This document shows positions 1 to 10,937 of a stretch of DNA of 64,000 bases, piece by piece (the stretch's first letter is position 1; each line of letters starts with the position of its first letter). This stretch comes from a bacterium (lineage in GTDB: Bacteria > Zixibacteria > MSB-5A5 > GN15 > FEB-12). The stretch covers positions 96,001 to 160,000 of the forward strand of contig JBDRNJ010000004.1 in NCBI GenBank assembly GCA_043811375.1. Reading direction: 5' to 3'. The notes beneath the pieces are model-generated. The model saw nothing but the letters and a program-made list of their open reading frames with translations. It made no database searches and was not told where the DNA came from. Position numbers and translations under genes: made by a program.

Positions 1-5
1 CACTT

Positions 6-1001
6 TCACTGCGTGCGTGGTGAACGCACCCCGGATCTGCGGACCGTCAACTGCTGCCGCACCAGACCGACAGCATACAGTAAGGCCAGCAGTCCAATGA
101 AGCTGTAGCAGACTGCGTAAGTTAATGCCGGTGAGAACTGAATCGAATGCGGAATCAGGTATATAAACAGCACCAGCGGCAGCGCACCCACTCCCAACCA
201 GCCCAGCACACGCTCGGAATAGATATTACGTTCCAGCTTGTTCCCGGTCAGCGAGCCAATTCCGACCAGCACCAGGTACAACAGATAGGCAAACAGGAGC
301 TGCGTCTTGTTGTCGGTGGCATCGGTACCGAAAGGCACTCCTTCCCAGGTAGTGCCAAAGGCATAGTAGTTCATAGCCATCCCTAAAGGGTAACATCCAA
401 GGAAAGCGCACAGGGTCGCCAGGGAAAAATAGACAGCCATCGGCCGAGTATCGGTATTTTTCCTCACCACCGTGACGGCATACAGGAAACCCATCATCAG
501 GAAGACAACCGTCAGTAACATCATGGCAACGTGACCAGCGATGATCGATCCCGGCACGTGTCCGATGTACTTCAGTACAAACGGACTGCCGTCGGGTTGC
601 CTGAATCCGGCTCGGAGACCGCCGGTATTGTCACGGATTTCAAAGTAGTAATACATGCGACCGCCCCGAGCACCGGCATTAGCGACAGCATAGTAGTGTC
701 CGGCCGCGGAATCTTCAAGCACCATCGGTACCTGGCTGTAATGCCTCAGTTCCGTATCAGCGTCCTGAGTGGATTTTGAGGGTCTGAAATACAGACGCAG
801 ATCGGGCTGCATATCGCCTTTAACAGTGATCGTTATCCTGGCTGTACTGTCTTCGAGAGCTTTGGGCACGGTGGTCATCTCAAACGTAAAACCGTTCTCG
901 CTGTGAGAGACAAACCGGGGACGGCCCTCGGAACTAATACTGGCCAGGTACAACAAACCGACGGCCAGAACCAGGGCAGTGATAACGCGTATGATTTTCA
1001 T
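6..1001 (-). CDS. Hypothetical membrane protein (N-terminal signal/anchor, soluble beta-rich domain, ~5-6 C-terminal TM helices)
   Basis: 331-aa ORF overlapping the prfA stop (ATGA); hydrophobic N-terminus and several hydrophobic C-terminal segments. Confidence 0.7.
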   Translation of the reverse strand: MKIIRVITALVLAVGLLYLASISSEGRPRFVSHSENGFTFEMTTVPKALEDSTARITITVKGDMQPDLRLYFRPSKSTQDADTELRHYSQVPMVLEDSAAGHYYAVANAGARGGRMYYYFEIRDNTGGLRAGFRQPDGSPFVLKYIGHVPGSIIAGHVAMMLLTVVFLMMGFLYAVTVVRKNTDTRPMAVYFSLATLCAFLGCYPLGMAMNYYAFGTTWEGVPFGTDATDNKTQLLFAYLLYLVLVGIGSLTGNKLERNIYSERVLGWLGVGALPLVLFIYLIPHSIQFSPALTYAVCYSFIGLLALLYAVGLVRQQLTVRRSGVRSPRTQ

Positions 1002-2083
1002 GGCTGTGACTCCACCTCTTCCTGGAGTTTCAATTGCTTTTCCTGTTCGTGCGCCTGCAGGGCATCGACCAGCAGATCAAGATTTCCGTTGAGTATTACA
1101 TCCAGTTTGTACAGAGTGAGTCCGATGCGATGATCGGTCACCCGGGACTGGGGATAGTTGTAGGTGCGAATCTTGGCGGAACGATCACCGGTGGAGATCA
1201 TCGAGCGCCGTTCAGCGGCAATTTTGGCCTGTTGTTCGGCTCTCTTCATATCGTAAAGACGCGCTCGCAACACTCGCAGGGCTTTGTTCTTGTTCTTTAG
1301 CTGAGACTTTTCGTCCTGACAGGTAACCACGATTCCAGTCGGCAGATGGGTAATCCGCACCGCCGAGTCAGTGGTATTGACCGACTGCCCACCCGGGCCG
1401 GAAGATCGGTAGACATCGACTTTCACTTCGTTCTCGCTGATGTTGACATCGACCTCTTCGACTTCGGGCAGAACCGCCACGGACACAGCGGAAGTGTGGA
1501 TTCGTCCCTGGGTTTCGGTGGTCGGAACCCTCTGCACGCGGTGCACACCCGATTCGAACTTCATGGTACCGAAGGCCTGATCTCCCTGAAGTGAGAATAT
1601 GATCTCCTTGAAACCGCCGATCTCCGAGGGATGCGAATTGAGCACCTCCAGTTTCCAGTTTCTGAAGTCGGCGTAGCGTTCATACATGCGGTAGATATCG
1701 GCTGCAAACAGGCCGGCTTCGTCGCCGCCGGTGCCGGCACGAATCTCGATAATGGCGGCCTTGTCATCCTCGGGGTCGCGCGGCAACAGCTTCAGCTTCA
1801 GTTCCGTTTCCACAGTCTCGATCTCGTCCTCGTACAACGCCAGTTCTTCCCGAGCCATAGCGACCAGTTCCTCATCCTGGCTGCTTTTGATCACATCCCG
1901 GGCTTCATCTATGCCGAGTCGCATCCGGCGATACTCGCGACCCACCTGGAGAACGTCCTCAATATGGCGACGCTCGCGACTGATTTCGATCATCGCTTTC
2001 CGGTCGGAGAGAACGGCCGGATCGGTCATCCGGCGGTCGATCTCAGTCAGTTTTTGTTCAAGTTTGTCAACGATACCCAGCAT
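998..2083 (-). CDS. prfA: Peptide chain release factor 1
   Basis: GGQ motif ([17 protein letters not shown]), RF1-type PxT (RVPTTE), [14 protein letters not shown] at 2083 preferred over the TTG at 2104. Confidence 0.97.
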   Translation of the reverse strand: MLGIVDKLEQKLTEIDRRMTDPAVLSDRKAMIEISRERRHIEDVLQVGREYRRMRLGIDEARDVIKSSQDEELVAMAREELALYEDEIETVETELKLKLLPRDPEDDKAAIIEIRAGTGGDEAGLFAADIYRMYERYADFRNWKLEVLNSHPSEIGGFKEIIFSLQGDQAFGTMKFESGVHRVQRVPTTETQGRIHTSAVSVAVLPEVEEVDVNISENEVKVDVYRSSGPGGQSVNTTDSAVRITHLPTGIVVTCQDEKSQLKNKNKALRVLRARLYDMKRAEQQAKIAAERRSMISTGDRSAKIRTYNYPQSRVTDHRIGLTLYKLDVILNGNLDLLVDALQAHEQEKQLKLQEEVESQP

Positions 2084-2162
2084 GGCAGAGTTCCTTACAT
2101 TCAAGACTCCATGGTAAACGAAACAGGAGTGATCGGCAAGCAGATATGAGCAACCGAGACAG

Positions 2163-3131
2163 CTAAGAAGCAGCCGCCCGCTCCACGGTCAGTTTCGATT
2201 CCGTCAGATCCAGAGCTGACTCCAGGGCGACAATTGCTACTTCCAACTGCTGAGGAGACGGCTCCCGGGTAGTAATTCTCTGCAACCACAGACCGGGTTG
2301 AATAAGAAAGCGAGTGATACGGCTGTCGCGGGTGCGTCCCGACAGTTTCAGCAATTCGTAAGAGCCTCCGGCCACCAGGGGCAGCAGTGAGAAATGAATC
2401 CCGAAACGGGTCAGCAGAGTCGGCGGGTGGCCCGTTTTAAGCGCATAGATCGTATCTGAGATAGCGTACGTCAATATCGCGAACAGGGCTACGATTAGAA
2501 TAAAAGATGTCCCACACCGAGGGTGAAAGCGGGTGTGATTGGAGGCAGCTTGCGGGGTCAGATCGTCGTTCATTTCATAAGCGTATATGGACTTGTGTTC
2601 GGCTCCATGATACTCAAAAATCCGCCTGAATTCTCCAAACAGTGAGATCAGGTAAACGTACAGGACGAACATGGTCAGTCTGATAGCACCGGCCAGCAGA
2701 TTAAAACCAACGGCGGTCTTTTCAACATTGATCAGATTTGAAATGGCCAGCGGCAGAAAAAAGAAAATAAATACTCCCAGACCAATAGCAGCGACCGCCG
2801 TCAGGGCCAGCCATAACGTATTGGAACGAGTAGCAGAAGTTTTCTCGTCTCGGCCTTCTTTGACCGCTTCCTGCTTTTCAATCTCTTTCATGGCGACATC
2901 GGCAGAGAAATTGAGAGTCCGGATGCCGATTATCAGCATCTCCACAAAGACAATGGCGCCACGTAATATCGGCAGACGCAATATACGGTTGCGAGTCGTC
3001 AGGGATCGGTATTCCTCGGTTTTGACCACTATCCGACCGTCGGGGACACGCACTGCGGTAGCGATCCTGTCCTTACCGCGCATCATGACGCCCTCGATAA
3101 CGGCCTGGCCGCCTATGTTCATGTCCGGCAT
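2163..3131 (-). CDS. DUF1385 family membrane protein
   Basis: [36 protein letters not shown] motifs; usual rpmE-DUF1385-prfA synteny. Confidence 0.92.
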   Translation of the reverse strand: MPDMNIGGQAVIEGVMMRGKDRIATAVRVPDGRIVVKTEEYRSLTTRNRILRLPILRGAIVFVEMLIIGIRTLNFSADVAMKEIEKQEAVKEGRDEKTSATRSNTLWLALTAVAAIGLGVFIFFFLPLAISNLINVEKTAVGFNLLAGAIRLTMFVLYVYLISLFGEFRRIFEYHGAEHKSIYAYEMNDDLTPQAASNHTRFHPRCGTSFILIVALFAILTYAISDTIYALKTGHPPTLLTRFGIHFSLLPLVAGGSYELLKLSGRTRDSRITRFLIQPGLWLQRITTREPSPQQLEVAIVALESALDLTESKLTVERAAAS

Positions 3132-3248
3132 TATATTATCCGCATGTAATGAACTGCTGACCGGAAAATTTTCTGGTGGCGATCGGTCCGGTTTTGACCG
3201 AGACCGGTCCAAAATCAAAGCCTGTCGGCAGTGAAATGATGCCCCTGA

Positions 3249-3467
3249 TTACGACTCGTCCTTGGGCTTATCTATCTTGTACTTGCGGCGGAATCGGTCA
3301 ACGCGACCGGCCGTATCGATCAGCTTCTGTTTGCCGGTAAAGAACGGATGGCAGGCAGAGCATATTTCAACACTGATCGATTTCCTGGTTGATCGCGTCG
3401 GGTAGGTCGCGCCACAGGCGCACTTGACCACTATCTCTTGGTACTTGGGGTGAATATCAGCCTTCAC
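3249..3467 (-). CDS. rpmE: 50S ribosomal protein L31 (zinc-binding type)
   Basis: [31 protein letters not shown]. Confidence 0.97.
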   Translation of the reverse strand: MKADIHPKYQEIVVKCACGATYPTRSTRKSISVEICSACHPFFTGKQKLIDTAGRVDRFRRKYKIDKPKDES

Positions 3468-3555
3468 GTCGGTAACCTCAACTAATGAGTATCTTTTTCA
3501 ACAGTTCCAAAACAAACCGGGTTCCCCCGATTCTTATCGGAAACCCGAAGCAAAT

Positions 3556-3583
3556 AATATAACCACCTGCTCTTTTCAGGCAA
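3556..3583 (-). promoter_or_regulatory. Putative sigma70 promoter of the rpmE operon
   Basis: TTGCCT-N16-TATATT on the minus strand upstream of rpmE. Confidence 0.55.
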
Positions 3584-3654
3584 GAAGTATCTTACACCCG
3601 CTGAGGCCGACCAGATAGGAGTGGTCGCTTACTCCAAAGGAACTACCGGCTGCT

Positions 3655-4059
3655 TCAGGCCGGGGGTTGGTTGCTGTCGGTGGGGTCCGTGTCTTCACCA
3701 GGGGTATCCTCGGCCGCTTCTTCTTCGGAGATTGGCCGGGAATCCACATATTTCCTCAGCGGCGTAAACAAAAACAGCGCCAGCAACAGGCCGGGCAGGA
3801 ATATCGGCAAGTAGCGCGCCAGGATCGGGACATTGACGCTCGGTACGTCCGGCGGTGGTCCCTCCGGATTGCCGTGTTTGACCCACCCTTCGTTGCCGTC
3901 GGGCACCCAGCAATCCTCTCCCTGCAGAAAGCCATAGGAAGGGCCGTAAACGGCATGGAGCATTAGTGACGTCGCCAGGTACAGCAGAATGATGCCTATC
4001 AATAGTAGCAGGGCGTTGCGCATACCTGAATATATAGTTGCGATTTTCCTCCGAGTCAA
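3655..4059 (-). CDS. Small hypothetical membrane protein (2 TM, acidic tail)
   Basis: Two hydrophobic segments flanking a CWVPDGNEGWVKHGNP loop; start may be the ATG at 4023. Confidence 0.65.
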   Translation of the reverse strand: MTRRKIATIYSGMRNALLLLIGIILLYLATSLMLHAVYGPSYGFLQGEDCWVPDGNEGWVKHGNPEGPPPDVPSVNVPILARYLPIFLPGLLLALFLFTPLRKYVDSRPISEEEAAEDTPGEDTDPTDSNQPPA

Positions 4060-4129
4060 CCTTAAGCTACAAATCTGGCGATACTACAGACAGCCTCGTT
4101 TAGGACTCTGGTAAGTTCGCCCCCTGCCT

Positions 4130-4500
4130 CTCCTTAGCAAGTCGAAGGGTGGTTCCAAGCAGCAAGCCGCCATTAATCGCGTAGCGGCAGGGCTTGTCTC
4201 TGCCGGAGGCAAGTCAGAAACAGTGGGTCGGGTTCCGAAGGGAGACTGCCGCAGGCGGACGGAATGAGAAATCCGATAATAGTTCGGCAGGTCAAGCCTA
4301 CTTGGGGCTTGACGTTCATTTTGTCACGCCGCGAGTCGGCGTGACCTACAATAAGTCCCTGGACTGCCAATGGTCGGCGGACGCAAGGCCCGCCTCTACG
4401 CGGAGTTAAGAAATAAAGTCGGAACCACAGGGGTTCCGACCTACTTTGACCAGGTTACAAACGACGCGGCGCACGAGGACGTACGCCGCGCTCAAACCTG
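4130..4500. repeat. REP-like palindrome cluster
   Basis: Several short GC-rich inverted repeats; 4374-4403 is the inverted copy (1 mismatch) of 13316-13345. Confidence 0.7.
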
Positions 4501-4519
4501 ATTCCCGCCAACAGCACGC

Positions 4520-6313
4520 TCAACTTACCTCTTCCTCCAAGCGGTAGCGTTTGTAGATACGGGCGTAGTGGCCACCGGCAGCCATCAGTTCGAAATGCGT
4601 GCCCGACTCGATGATGCGACCCTTGTCCAGAACATAGATGGCGTCGGCCCGTTCCAGAGCATCGGGACGGTGCGTGATCAGGATGGCCGTCATGTCCGGC
4701 ACCACCTCCTGCAATCGCGCCCAGAGAGCCACCTCGGTACGAGAATCGAGCGCCGAGGTGCAGTCATCGAGAATAAGAATCCTTGGCTTTTTCACCAGCG
4801 CCCGGGCCAGCGCCAACCGCTGTTTCTGGCCGCCGGAGATAGTCATACCGCGGGTGCCGATCGGCGTATCGATGCCCTGGGGAAAATCGGCAATCTCGTC
4901 TTTGAGTTGCGAGACATCAATCGCCCACTCCAGAACGTCATCGCTGATATCCTCCCGTCCAAAGACAATGTTGTTGCGCACTGTGTCGCTGAACAATGTC
5001 GGTTCCTGCGGCACGAAACCGATGTTGCGCCGCAGATCGGCCAGAGAGTACCAGCGCAGATCGTGTCCATCGAGACTGATAGTGCCGTCGGTGGGGTCAA
5101 CCAGACGGGGAATCATGTTCACCAGCCAGGTTTTGCCGGAGCCGACTTTGCCCACCAGGGCCACCGTCTGACCGGCTTCAACAGTGAACGAGACACCATC
5201 GATGATCTTGCGGTCCGAATCGGGAAAGCTGAAGTCGACCTGTTCAAATTTGAGGTTGACCCCGGTTTGACCACTACCGTTACTGCCGTTACCACCGGCC
5301 ACCATCGGGGGCACTTCTTCCAGCTCAACCAGACGATCAATTGAGACCGCCGACTGACGCGACTTCACCAGGAACTGACCGATGTCGAACATCGGAAAGA
5401 CCAGGTAGACGACATAGAAGATGAAAGCCACCAGCTTGCCCATCGACAGGTTGGCGTTGATGGCCATGTAGCCACCGGCCACCAGCACGATGATGACGCC
5501 GACCTGCCAGATGTACATGTACATCGAGTCGACCACGGTATGGATCTTGATGGCCGATATCTCGGCGTCGCGGCGATCATTGACGGCCTTCATGAACTTG
5601 CCTTTCTGGGCCTTTTCTTTCACGTACGCCTTGACAACCCGAATACCCGAGAAGCAGGCTTCCATAACGTCGTTAAACGCAGAAATGCGTTTTTGCAGGT
5701 GGTCAAAACGCTTGTCCAACAGAGAAGAACTCTTAAAGAACACCAGGATCAGAACCGGCAGTGACCCGGCCGTCCACAGGGTCAGCATCGGATTAATCAT
5801 GGCCATCATGATGATCGTAAAAGTCACCATCACCAGCGCTTCGTACAGGCGAAAGATGCCCGAACATGCGAACCAGGACAATTTTTCGGCCACGTCGTCG
5901 GTCATGCGCGTTACCAGGTCGCCGGTATGGAAACGGTTGAAGAAATCCGGTCCCTTAAGCGTGATGCCGTCGAAAGCATCCTGCCGAAACAACCACTCCA
6001 GGCGCAGGTTCATCCAGGCCCGGTGCGACTGCACCACGGCATACAGGATCGCGGCCGCCAGGCCGACCGCAAATAGGGCCATCATCAGCGTAGCCGGGCT
6101 GGAAAGCCCCATAGTCCACCCCAGCAGATCCAGCCAGCGAGCCACGGCGTTGTCCGCCACCTGACCCGACTCGACATAGTCCACGGCAAACTGGATGAGC
6201 CGCGGCACCGATACCTGGAACAACGTCTGCACCGGCGTTAACATTAAAAGCAAGGCCAGGACGTACGGGTAACGGCGATAGTATCTCCATATCCATTTTA
6301 TTTTCTTACGCAT
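4520..6313 (-). CDS. ABC exporter, permease+ATPase half transporter (MdlA/BmrC-like)
   Basis: TM domain, Walker A GKVGSGKT, ISGGQKQR, ILILDDCTS (degenerate site, D instead of E). Confidence 0.93.
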   Translation of the reverse strand: MRKKIKWIWRYYRRYPYVLALLLMLTPVQTLFQVSVPRLIQFAVDYVESGQVADNAVARWLDLLGWTMGLSSPATLMMALFAVGLAAAILYAVVQSHRAWMNLRLEWLFRQDAFDGITLKGPDFFNRFHTGDLVTRMTDDVAEKLSWFACSGIFRLYEALVMVTFTIIMMAMINPMLTLWTAGSLPVLILVFFKSSSLLDKRFDHLQKRISAFNDVMEACFSGIRVVKAYVKEKAQKGKFMKAVNDRRDAEISAIKIHTVVDSMYMYIWQVGVIIVLVAGGYMAINANLSMGKLVAFIFYVVYLVFPMFDIGQFLVKSRQSAVSIDRLVELEEVPPMVAGGNGSNGSGQTGVNLKFEQVDFSFPDSDRKIIDGVSFTVEAGQTVALVGKVGSGKTWLVNMIPRLVDPTDGTISLDGHDLRWYSLADLRRNIGFVPQEPTLFSDTVRNNIVFGREDISDDVLEWAIDVSQLKDEIADFPQGIDTPIGTRGMTISGGQKQRLALARALVKKPRILILDDCTSALDSRTEVALWARLQEVVPDMTAILITHRPDALERADAIYVLDKGRIIESGTHFELMAAGGHYARIYKRYRLEEEVS

Positions 6314-8114
6314 GGGTTGTTACTCCCGATTCTGTCTTGAACTGCAGATGGAACAGCTTTGAATAGTAACCGTCCTTCAAGATCAGTTCCGTGTGAGTGC
6401 CGCGCTCAATTATCTCACCGTTGCGGATGACCAGGATATGGTCGACATCGAGAATCGTCGACAGACGATGCGCGATAATCAACGACGTCCGTTTGGCCAT
6501 CAATCGTTTCAGTGAGGCCTGAATGGTTCGTTCCGTTTCGGGATCGACCGAACTGGTGGCTTCATCCAGAATGAGCATATCCGGATCGATCACCAGCGCC
6601 CGGGCAAACGACAATAGCTGCCGTTCACCACGACTGAAGTTGGCACCTTTCTCCGAAACTTCAGTGGCATATCCCTTCGGCAGATTCCGAATAAACCTGT
6701 CGGCCTCGACGACTTTCGCGGCGGCAACAATCTTTTCCTCGGTGGCTGTCTCGGCCTCCAGGCCGAGGTTGGCCTGTACGTCTCCGGGAAACAGCAGGAT
6801 ATCCTGCAGGACCAGGGCAAAGCGGCGGCGCAGGTCGGCTTTGCGAAGATCGCGAATATCTATACCATCCACCGTAATGCGTCCCCGCTGGGGGTCGTAC
6901 AACCGCAACATCAGTGAAATAACTGTTGACTTGCCGCCACCGGTCACTCCGGCCAGGGCCACCCGTCGACCGACCGGAATCTCAAAGTTGGCATCCTTCA
7001 GCGCCCAGTTGCCGTCCCCGGTATAAGAGAACCAGACATCTTCAAAACGAATCCCCCGGCGCAGCTTGTTCCATGTCACCGGCCGAACCGGATCGGGCAG
7101 CTTCTGCTCTTCGGCCAGGAGTGCGAAAATCCTTTTGGCGCCGGCAATCGCCTTCTGGATAGTCGACAACTGCTCCGAGACTCGCCAGATCGGTTCAAAC
7201 GACCGCCAGATCAGGATGACAAACAGACTGATCGTCCCGACCGTGAGAGCGCCCGTTTGCACCCAGTACATGCCGAAAAACAGCACCAAACCGATAAGGA
7301 CCGGCTGGAAGAAGAAAACCATGTTGAAAAAGAGTACCACGCCGATATTGACGTAGCGATCATCGACGAATTTCAACCGGTTGGCTTCATCGACCCGCCG
7401 ACGGACCCAGGCACCGCGGTGGAAGATTTGAACGATCACCATGCCGTGCAGAAATTCCGTCACGTTGGCCGTAATCTCAGCCATCTTCTTGCGAACGTCC
7501 AGAAAGCGGGAGGTCGTCTTGCGCTCAAAGATATAAACCAGCAACGCTATGCATGGCACCGCCAGCAGCAGTATCAGCGTCAGCCGCCAACTGTAGTAGA
7601 ACATAACGGCATAAATGCCGACCATCAGCAGCATATCTCCCACCAGCAGGACCACTGTGTTGGTAAACAGCATCCGCAACGCCTCGGTATCCGATTCGAT
7701 GCGAGCCATCAATCGCCCGACCGGGTTACGATCAAAAAAGGAGATGTCCAGCGACAGAATATGGTCAAACAGCCGGCGTTTGAGATCGACCATGACATCC
7801 TGTCCGATCGTCTCCAGCTTCACCCGCTGTACATACTGCAGCACCAGCGTAATCGCCTGCAGCAGGCCGATTGCCAGCGCCGTCCATAACAATCCCCGGA
7901 AATCGCCGGCCCTGATATCTATATCCAGTGCCCGCTTGAGCAGAATCGGCCACCATAGTGACAGGAGCGTGGCCACCGCCAGCAGCAGCAGGCAAACCAG
8001 TAACGGTCCCCGATGCGGCTTCAGCAATGGCATCAGTCTGGCAAATGCCGTTCGGCTCCTGATGGTCTTTTCCTGCTCTGTAGTCTGTTCGTTTTCGTAT
8101 AATTCGCCTGTCAT
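6306..8114 (-). CDS. ABC exporter, permease+ATPase half transporter (MdlB/BmrD-like)
   Basis: TM domain, GVTGGGKS, FSRGERQ, LILDEATS, IAHRLST. Confidence 0.93.
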   Translation of the reverse strand: MTGELYENEQTTEQEKTIRSRTAFARLMPLLKPHRGPLLVCLLLLAVATLLSLWWPILLKRALDIDIRAGDFRGLLWTALAIGLLQAITLVLQYVQRVKLETIGQDVMVDLKRRLFDHILSLDISFFDRNPVGRLMARIESDTEALRMLFTNTVVLLVGDMLLMVGIYAVMFYYSWRLTLILLLAVPCIALLVYIFERKTTSRFLDVRKKMAEITANVTEFLHGMVIVQIFHRGAWVRRRVDEANRLKFVDDRYVNIGVVLFFNMVFFFQPVLIGLVLFFGMYWVQTGALTVGTISLFVILIWRSFEPIWRVSEQLSTIQKAIAGAKRIFALLAEEQKLPDPVRPVTWNKLRRGIRFEDVWFSYTGDGNWALKDANFEIPVGRRVALAGVTGGGKSTVISLMLRLYDPQRGRITVDGIDIRDLRKADLRRRFALVLQDILLFPGDVQANLGLEAETATEEKIVAAAKVVEADRFIRNLPKGYATEVSEKGANFSRGERQLLSFARALVIDPDMLILDEATSSVDPETERTIQASLKRLMAKRTSLIIAHRLSTILDVDHILVIRNGEIIERGTHTELILKDGYYSKLFHLQFKTESGVTTHA

Positions 8115-8173
8115 CGTACCGCTCTTTAGTCAATTTGTTAACGTATCATTTCGCTTGCGGTTCGAACGGCAAT

Positions 8174-8209
8174 AAAAAAAACCGCCGAACCGAACTGGTC
8201 GCGGCGGGT
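8174..8209 (-). terminator. Intrinsic terminator (attenuator) in the ABC exporter 5' leader
   Basis: Minus strand CCCGCCG...CGGCGG stem followed by 8 T, about 60 nt upstream of the ABC start codon. Confidence 0.75.
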
Positions 8210-8230
8210 AATAACTTTTCTCTCTTAGGC

Positions 8231-8311
8231 CTACTGAGAACCAGCTACACCTCTCCCGCCGCGGATGCCATTAGGCAGCATCACAAACTTGGCTACTCGA
8301 ATCCTGATCAT
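8231..8311 (-). CDS. Putative leader peptide MIRIRVAKFVMLPNGIRGGRGVAGSQ (26 aa)
   Basis: GGAGG at 8322-8326, ATG 8311, TAG 8231; contains a 9-nt segment complementary to the terminator 5' arm. Confidence 0.65.
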   Translation of the reverse strand: MIRIRVAKFVMLPNGIRGGRGVAGSQ

Positions 8312-8385
8312 ACTTATCAAGCCTCCGCTGCGAATGAGATTTAGATCAACATTTCTTACACACTTATTCTGCTTTAATATCAGAC

Positions 8386-8413
8386 AATATATCCTTTATC
8401 TATCGGATGTCAA
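8386..8413 (-). promoter_or_regulatory. Putative sigma70 promoter of the leader-ABC operon
   Basis: TTGACA-N16-TATATT on the minus strand. Confidence 0.65.
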
Positions 8414-8820
8414 ACAAAAAAGTTGCATGGGGACTAAAAGTTTTTTTTCGGTTCTACCGGCAGCCCTCATTAACAGTGAGTGATTATTGGCTGTGTCGTG
8501 AGTGGCATCGCCACATTTATTGGCATCGCCAGTGACAAGTCACCTCTATTTCCACTCGCGGTCAGGAATTCTGAGGTTATCCCATAAGGTAGTTCCGGCA
8601 GGTCTTGCCGACGACGAAGTCGGAGGTGTGACCTGGCGGTAACTCTGGAAGTGCTGAATAGACAATAAAATCGCTAAACTGTCAGTTCACACGTTTGGCA
8701 AACCAAACGCAAGAACTGACAGAACAATGAACTTTTGGGACAACCTCTTCTTTCCTGACCATACCAAATGTAGCCGTCACGAAAGGATTCGTGACGGCGC
8801 AAGAAAAACCACACCTGCCA

Positions 8821-8885
8821 CCCTTCGACTCCGCTCAGGGTGACGATTACGCTGTTCGGTTGGGTCCTGGCTCGCCTCCGGGCGA
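8821..8885. repeat. REP-like modules A and B
   Basis: CCCTTCGACTCCGCTCAGGGTGACGA (8821-8846 = 13361-13386) and CTGTTCGGTTGGGTCYTGGCTCGCCTCCGGGCGA (8852-8885 ~ 13477-13510). Confidence 0.8.
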
Positions 8886-8947
8886 TGAGCCACCCTTCGC
8901 TGTTCCGGCTTGTGCCGTAAGCTCTCATCATGTTACTTGCTCTCAAG

Positions 8948-9871
8948 ATGACTCGCAATACTCCCAATATCCCTGACGGTTTCCGCCGCCGCTACCAGCC
9001 ACTGGTTGACGACCCGGAAGCTTTTCTGGCGGCTATGCAACGGCCATTGACGAACTCGTTTCGTATCAACAGGCTCAAGGCTACCAGCGCTGAGGTGTTG
9101 CCGCGTTTTGAAGAATATGGGATTATGACTCAGGCGGTTAGCTGGTATGATGAAGCCTTCACGACCACTTCCGAGGTCGTCAGCGTCACACTGGAAAGAT
9201 TCCTGGGGAAAGTCTGTCTGCAGGAGTTGGCCTCGATGCTGCCACCGCTGGTGATAGCCGACAAGTTAGGGACAGCCAAACGAGTGCTCGACGGTTGCGC
9301 TGCGCCCGGTTCCAAGACGACCCAGATGGCGGCACTGATGAACAACCGGGGTTTATTGGTGGCCAACGACAGCAACTACGACCGGATCAGGGCGCTGAAG
9401 TTCAATCTCAACCGGGCGGGAGTTCTCAACTCCGTCATCACGGAAGAAGACCTGCGAACTTTTCCCCAGAGCGAATTCGATGTCGTCCTGCTGGACGCTC
9501 CCTGCTCCTCGGAGGGAATGATGCGCAAGAATCCGCTGCTGTGGAAGCGCTGGTCCGAGCACCGCATCCGCACCTGGTCCGGGCTGCAAAAACAACTCAT
9601 ACTGAAAGCTTTCGACTTGCTGGCGTCCGGGGGAACCCTGTTGTATTCCACCTGCACGATAGCGCCGGAAGAAAATGAGACGGTCATTGACTGGCTGCTG
9701 CAAAACCGACCGGCAAAGACCGAGCCGATTGAGATGAACGGGTTCACCTTCTCACCGGCGCTGCCGGAGTGGCTGGGCACGACATTTGACAACAGGTGTG
9801 CCGCTGCGGTCAGGGTGTGGCCGCATCACAACGACACCGGGGCGTTCTTTCTTGCCAGGGTGAGCAAGTGA
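8948..9871 (+). CDS. RsmB/RsmF (NOL1/NOP2/Sun) family RNA m5C methyltransferase, catalytic part
   Basis: LDGCAAPGSKTTQ, LLDAPCSSEG, YSTCTIAPEENE. Confidence 0.92.
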   Translation: MTRNTPNIPDGFRRRYQPLVDDPEAFLAAMQRPLTNSFRINRLKATSAEVLPRFEEYGIMTQAVSWYDEAFTTTSEVVSVTLERFLGKVCLQELASMLPPLVIADKLGTAKRVLDGCAAPGSKTTQMAALMNNRGLLVANDSNYDRIRALKFNLNRAGVLNSVITEEDLRTFPQSEFDVVLLDAPCSSEGMMRKNPLLWKRWSEHRIRTWSGLQKQLILKAFDLLASGGTLLYSTCTIAPEENETVIDWLLQNRPAKTEPIEMNGFTFSPALPEWLGTTFDNRCAAAVRVWPHHNDTGAFFLARVSK

Positions 9872-10326
9872 TCACTGTTTGTAATACTCAAATTCAGGAC
9901 CAGGTGCTGACTTATCTGATGAAGCGTTTCGGGATTGAGCCGTCCGTCTTTGACGGCTTTGCTTTCTATGAGGGAACCAATGGCCGGGTATACCTGGGAC
10001 CACCGACAGCGTCTGATCTGTCGTTGGCTAAATCGATCGGAATACTCATCGCCCGGGTTCAGAAAGGTATCAAACCGACCAGTCATCTGTTCCAGGTGTT
10101 CGGTCGGTCGGTGAGTCGCAACACTGTCAGCCTTATACGCCAGCAGGCGGTGGCCTATATGAAAGGCAACCAGGTCATGTTGTTAAGCGAGCAGTTTGAC
10201 CAGGCACAACCCGGCTGGGTGATGCTCAGCTTCCGTGGCGAACCACTGGGATGCGGTCTGCTGAAAGACAAGGCAGTACAGAGCGTTCTGCCCAAGGGGG
10301 ATCGTCTGTCCGTGAAACATCTCTGA
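9868..10326 (+). CDS. Stand-alone RsmF C-terminal PUA-like RNA-binding domain protein
   Basis: GTG overlapping the upstream TGA; ...AYMKG...GWVMLSFRGEPLGCG...LPKG resembles the RsmF C-terminus. Confidence 0.7.
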   Translation: MITVCNTQIQDQVLTYLMKRFGIEPSVFDGFAFYEGTNGRVYLGPPTASDLSLAKSIGILIARVQKGIKPTSHLFQVFGRSVSRNTVSLIRQQAVAYMKGNQVMLLSEQFDQAQPGWVMLSFRGEPLGCGLLKDKAVQSVLPKGDRLSVKHL

Positions 10327-10331
10327 GGCTG

Positions 10332-10937
10332 TCACTTCGATTCTCGTCGGTACCAGAGGTAGAAGATCGGCCGCCCTTCCGAGCGCCATTTCATCTCGAA
10401 GAAAGTCGGTTCGTAATCGGCCAGGTCACAACCGTCCACGAACGGCCGACCCAGGTTCTGCAGAATCGGCATACCGGCGGCGTTTTCCACCACCCACTCA
10501 GCATAGGCAGTAACATCGGTGGCCATAAACAGATCACCGCCCGGTCGGAGAAATTGCGCCAGCAGGGTTAGAAATTGAGCGTTCAGCAGTCGTTTCGGGG
10601 CGTGGCGTATCTTGGGCCAGGGATCGGGAAAAAGGACGTATATCTTTTCAAACGCTGATTTCTTGAAATACTTCGGCAACACAATGCGGGCGTCGCCCTG
10701 GATCAGGAGAATATTATCCAGTTGTTTTTTCTCGATTCGGGAGGGCAGTTTGTAGTAGCGTTTCTTGCCCAGTTCTATGGCTACAAATCGCTTCTCAGGG
10801 AACAATGTCGCCAGCGACAACAACAAATCGCCCCGTCCGGGACCAACTTCGAGAATATCGCCAACACAGGTGTCCGGTTCCTCCGGGTAGAAAAGAACCT
10901 TCTTGGCAGCTTCGAACTTGATGGGGAAAGTCTTCAT
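10332..10937 (-). CDS. trmB: tRNA (guanine-N7)-methyltransferase
   Basis: LEVGPGRG, FPDPWPKIRH, ATDVTAYAE, TFFEMKW. Confidence 0.93.
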   Translation of the reverse strand: MKTFPIKFEAAKKVLFYPEEPDTCVGDILEVGPGRGDLLLSLATLFPEKRFVAIELGKKRYYKLPSRIEKKQLDNILLIQGDARIVLPKYFKKSAFEKIYVLFPDPWPKIRHAPKRLLNAQFLTLLAQFLRPGGDLFMATDVTAYAEWVVENAAGMPILQNLGRPFVDGCDLADYEPTFFEMKWRSEGRPIFYLWYRRESK

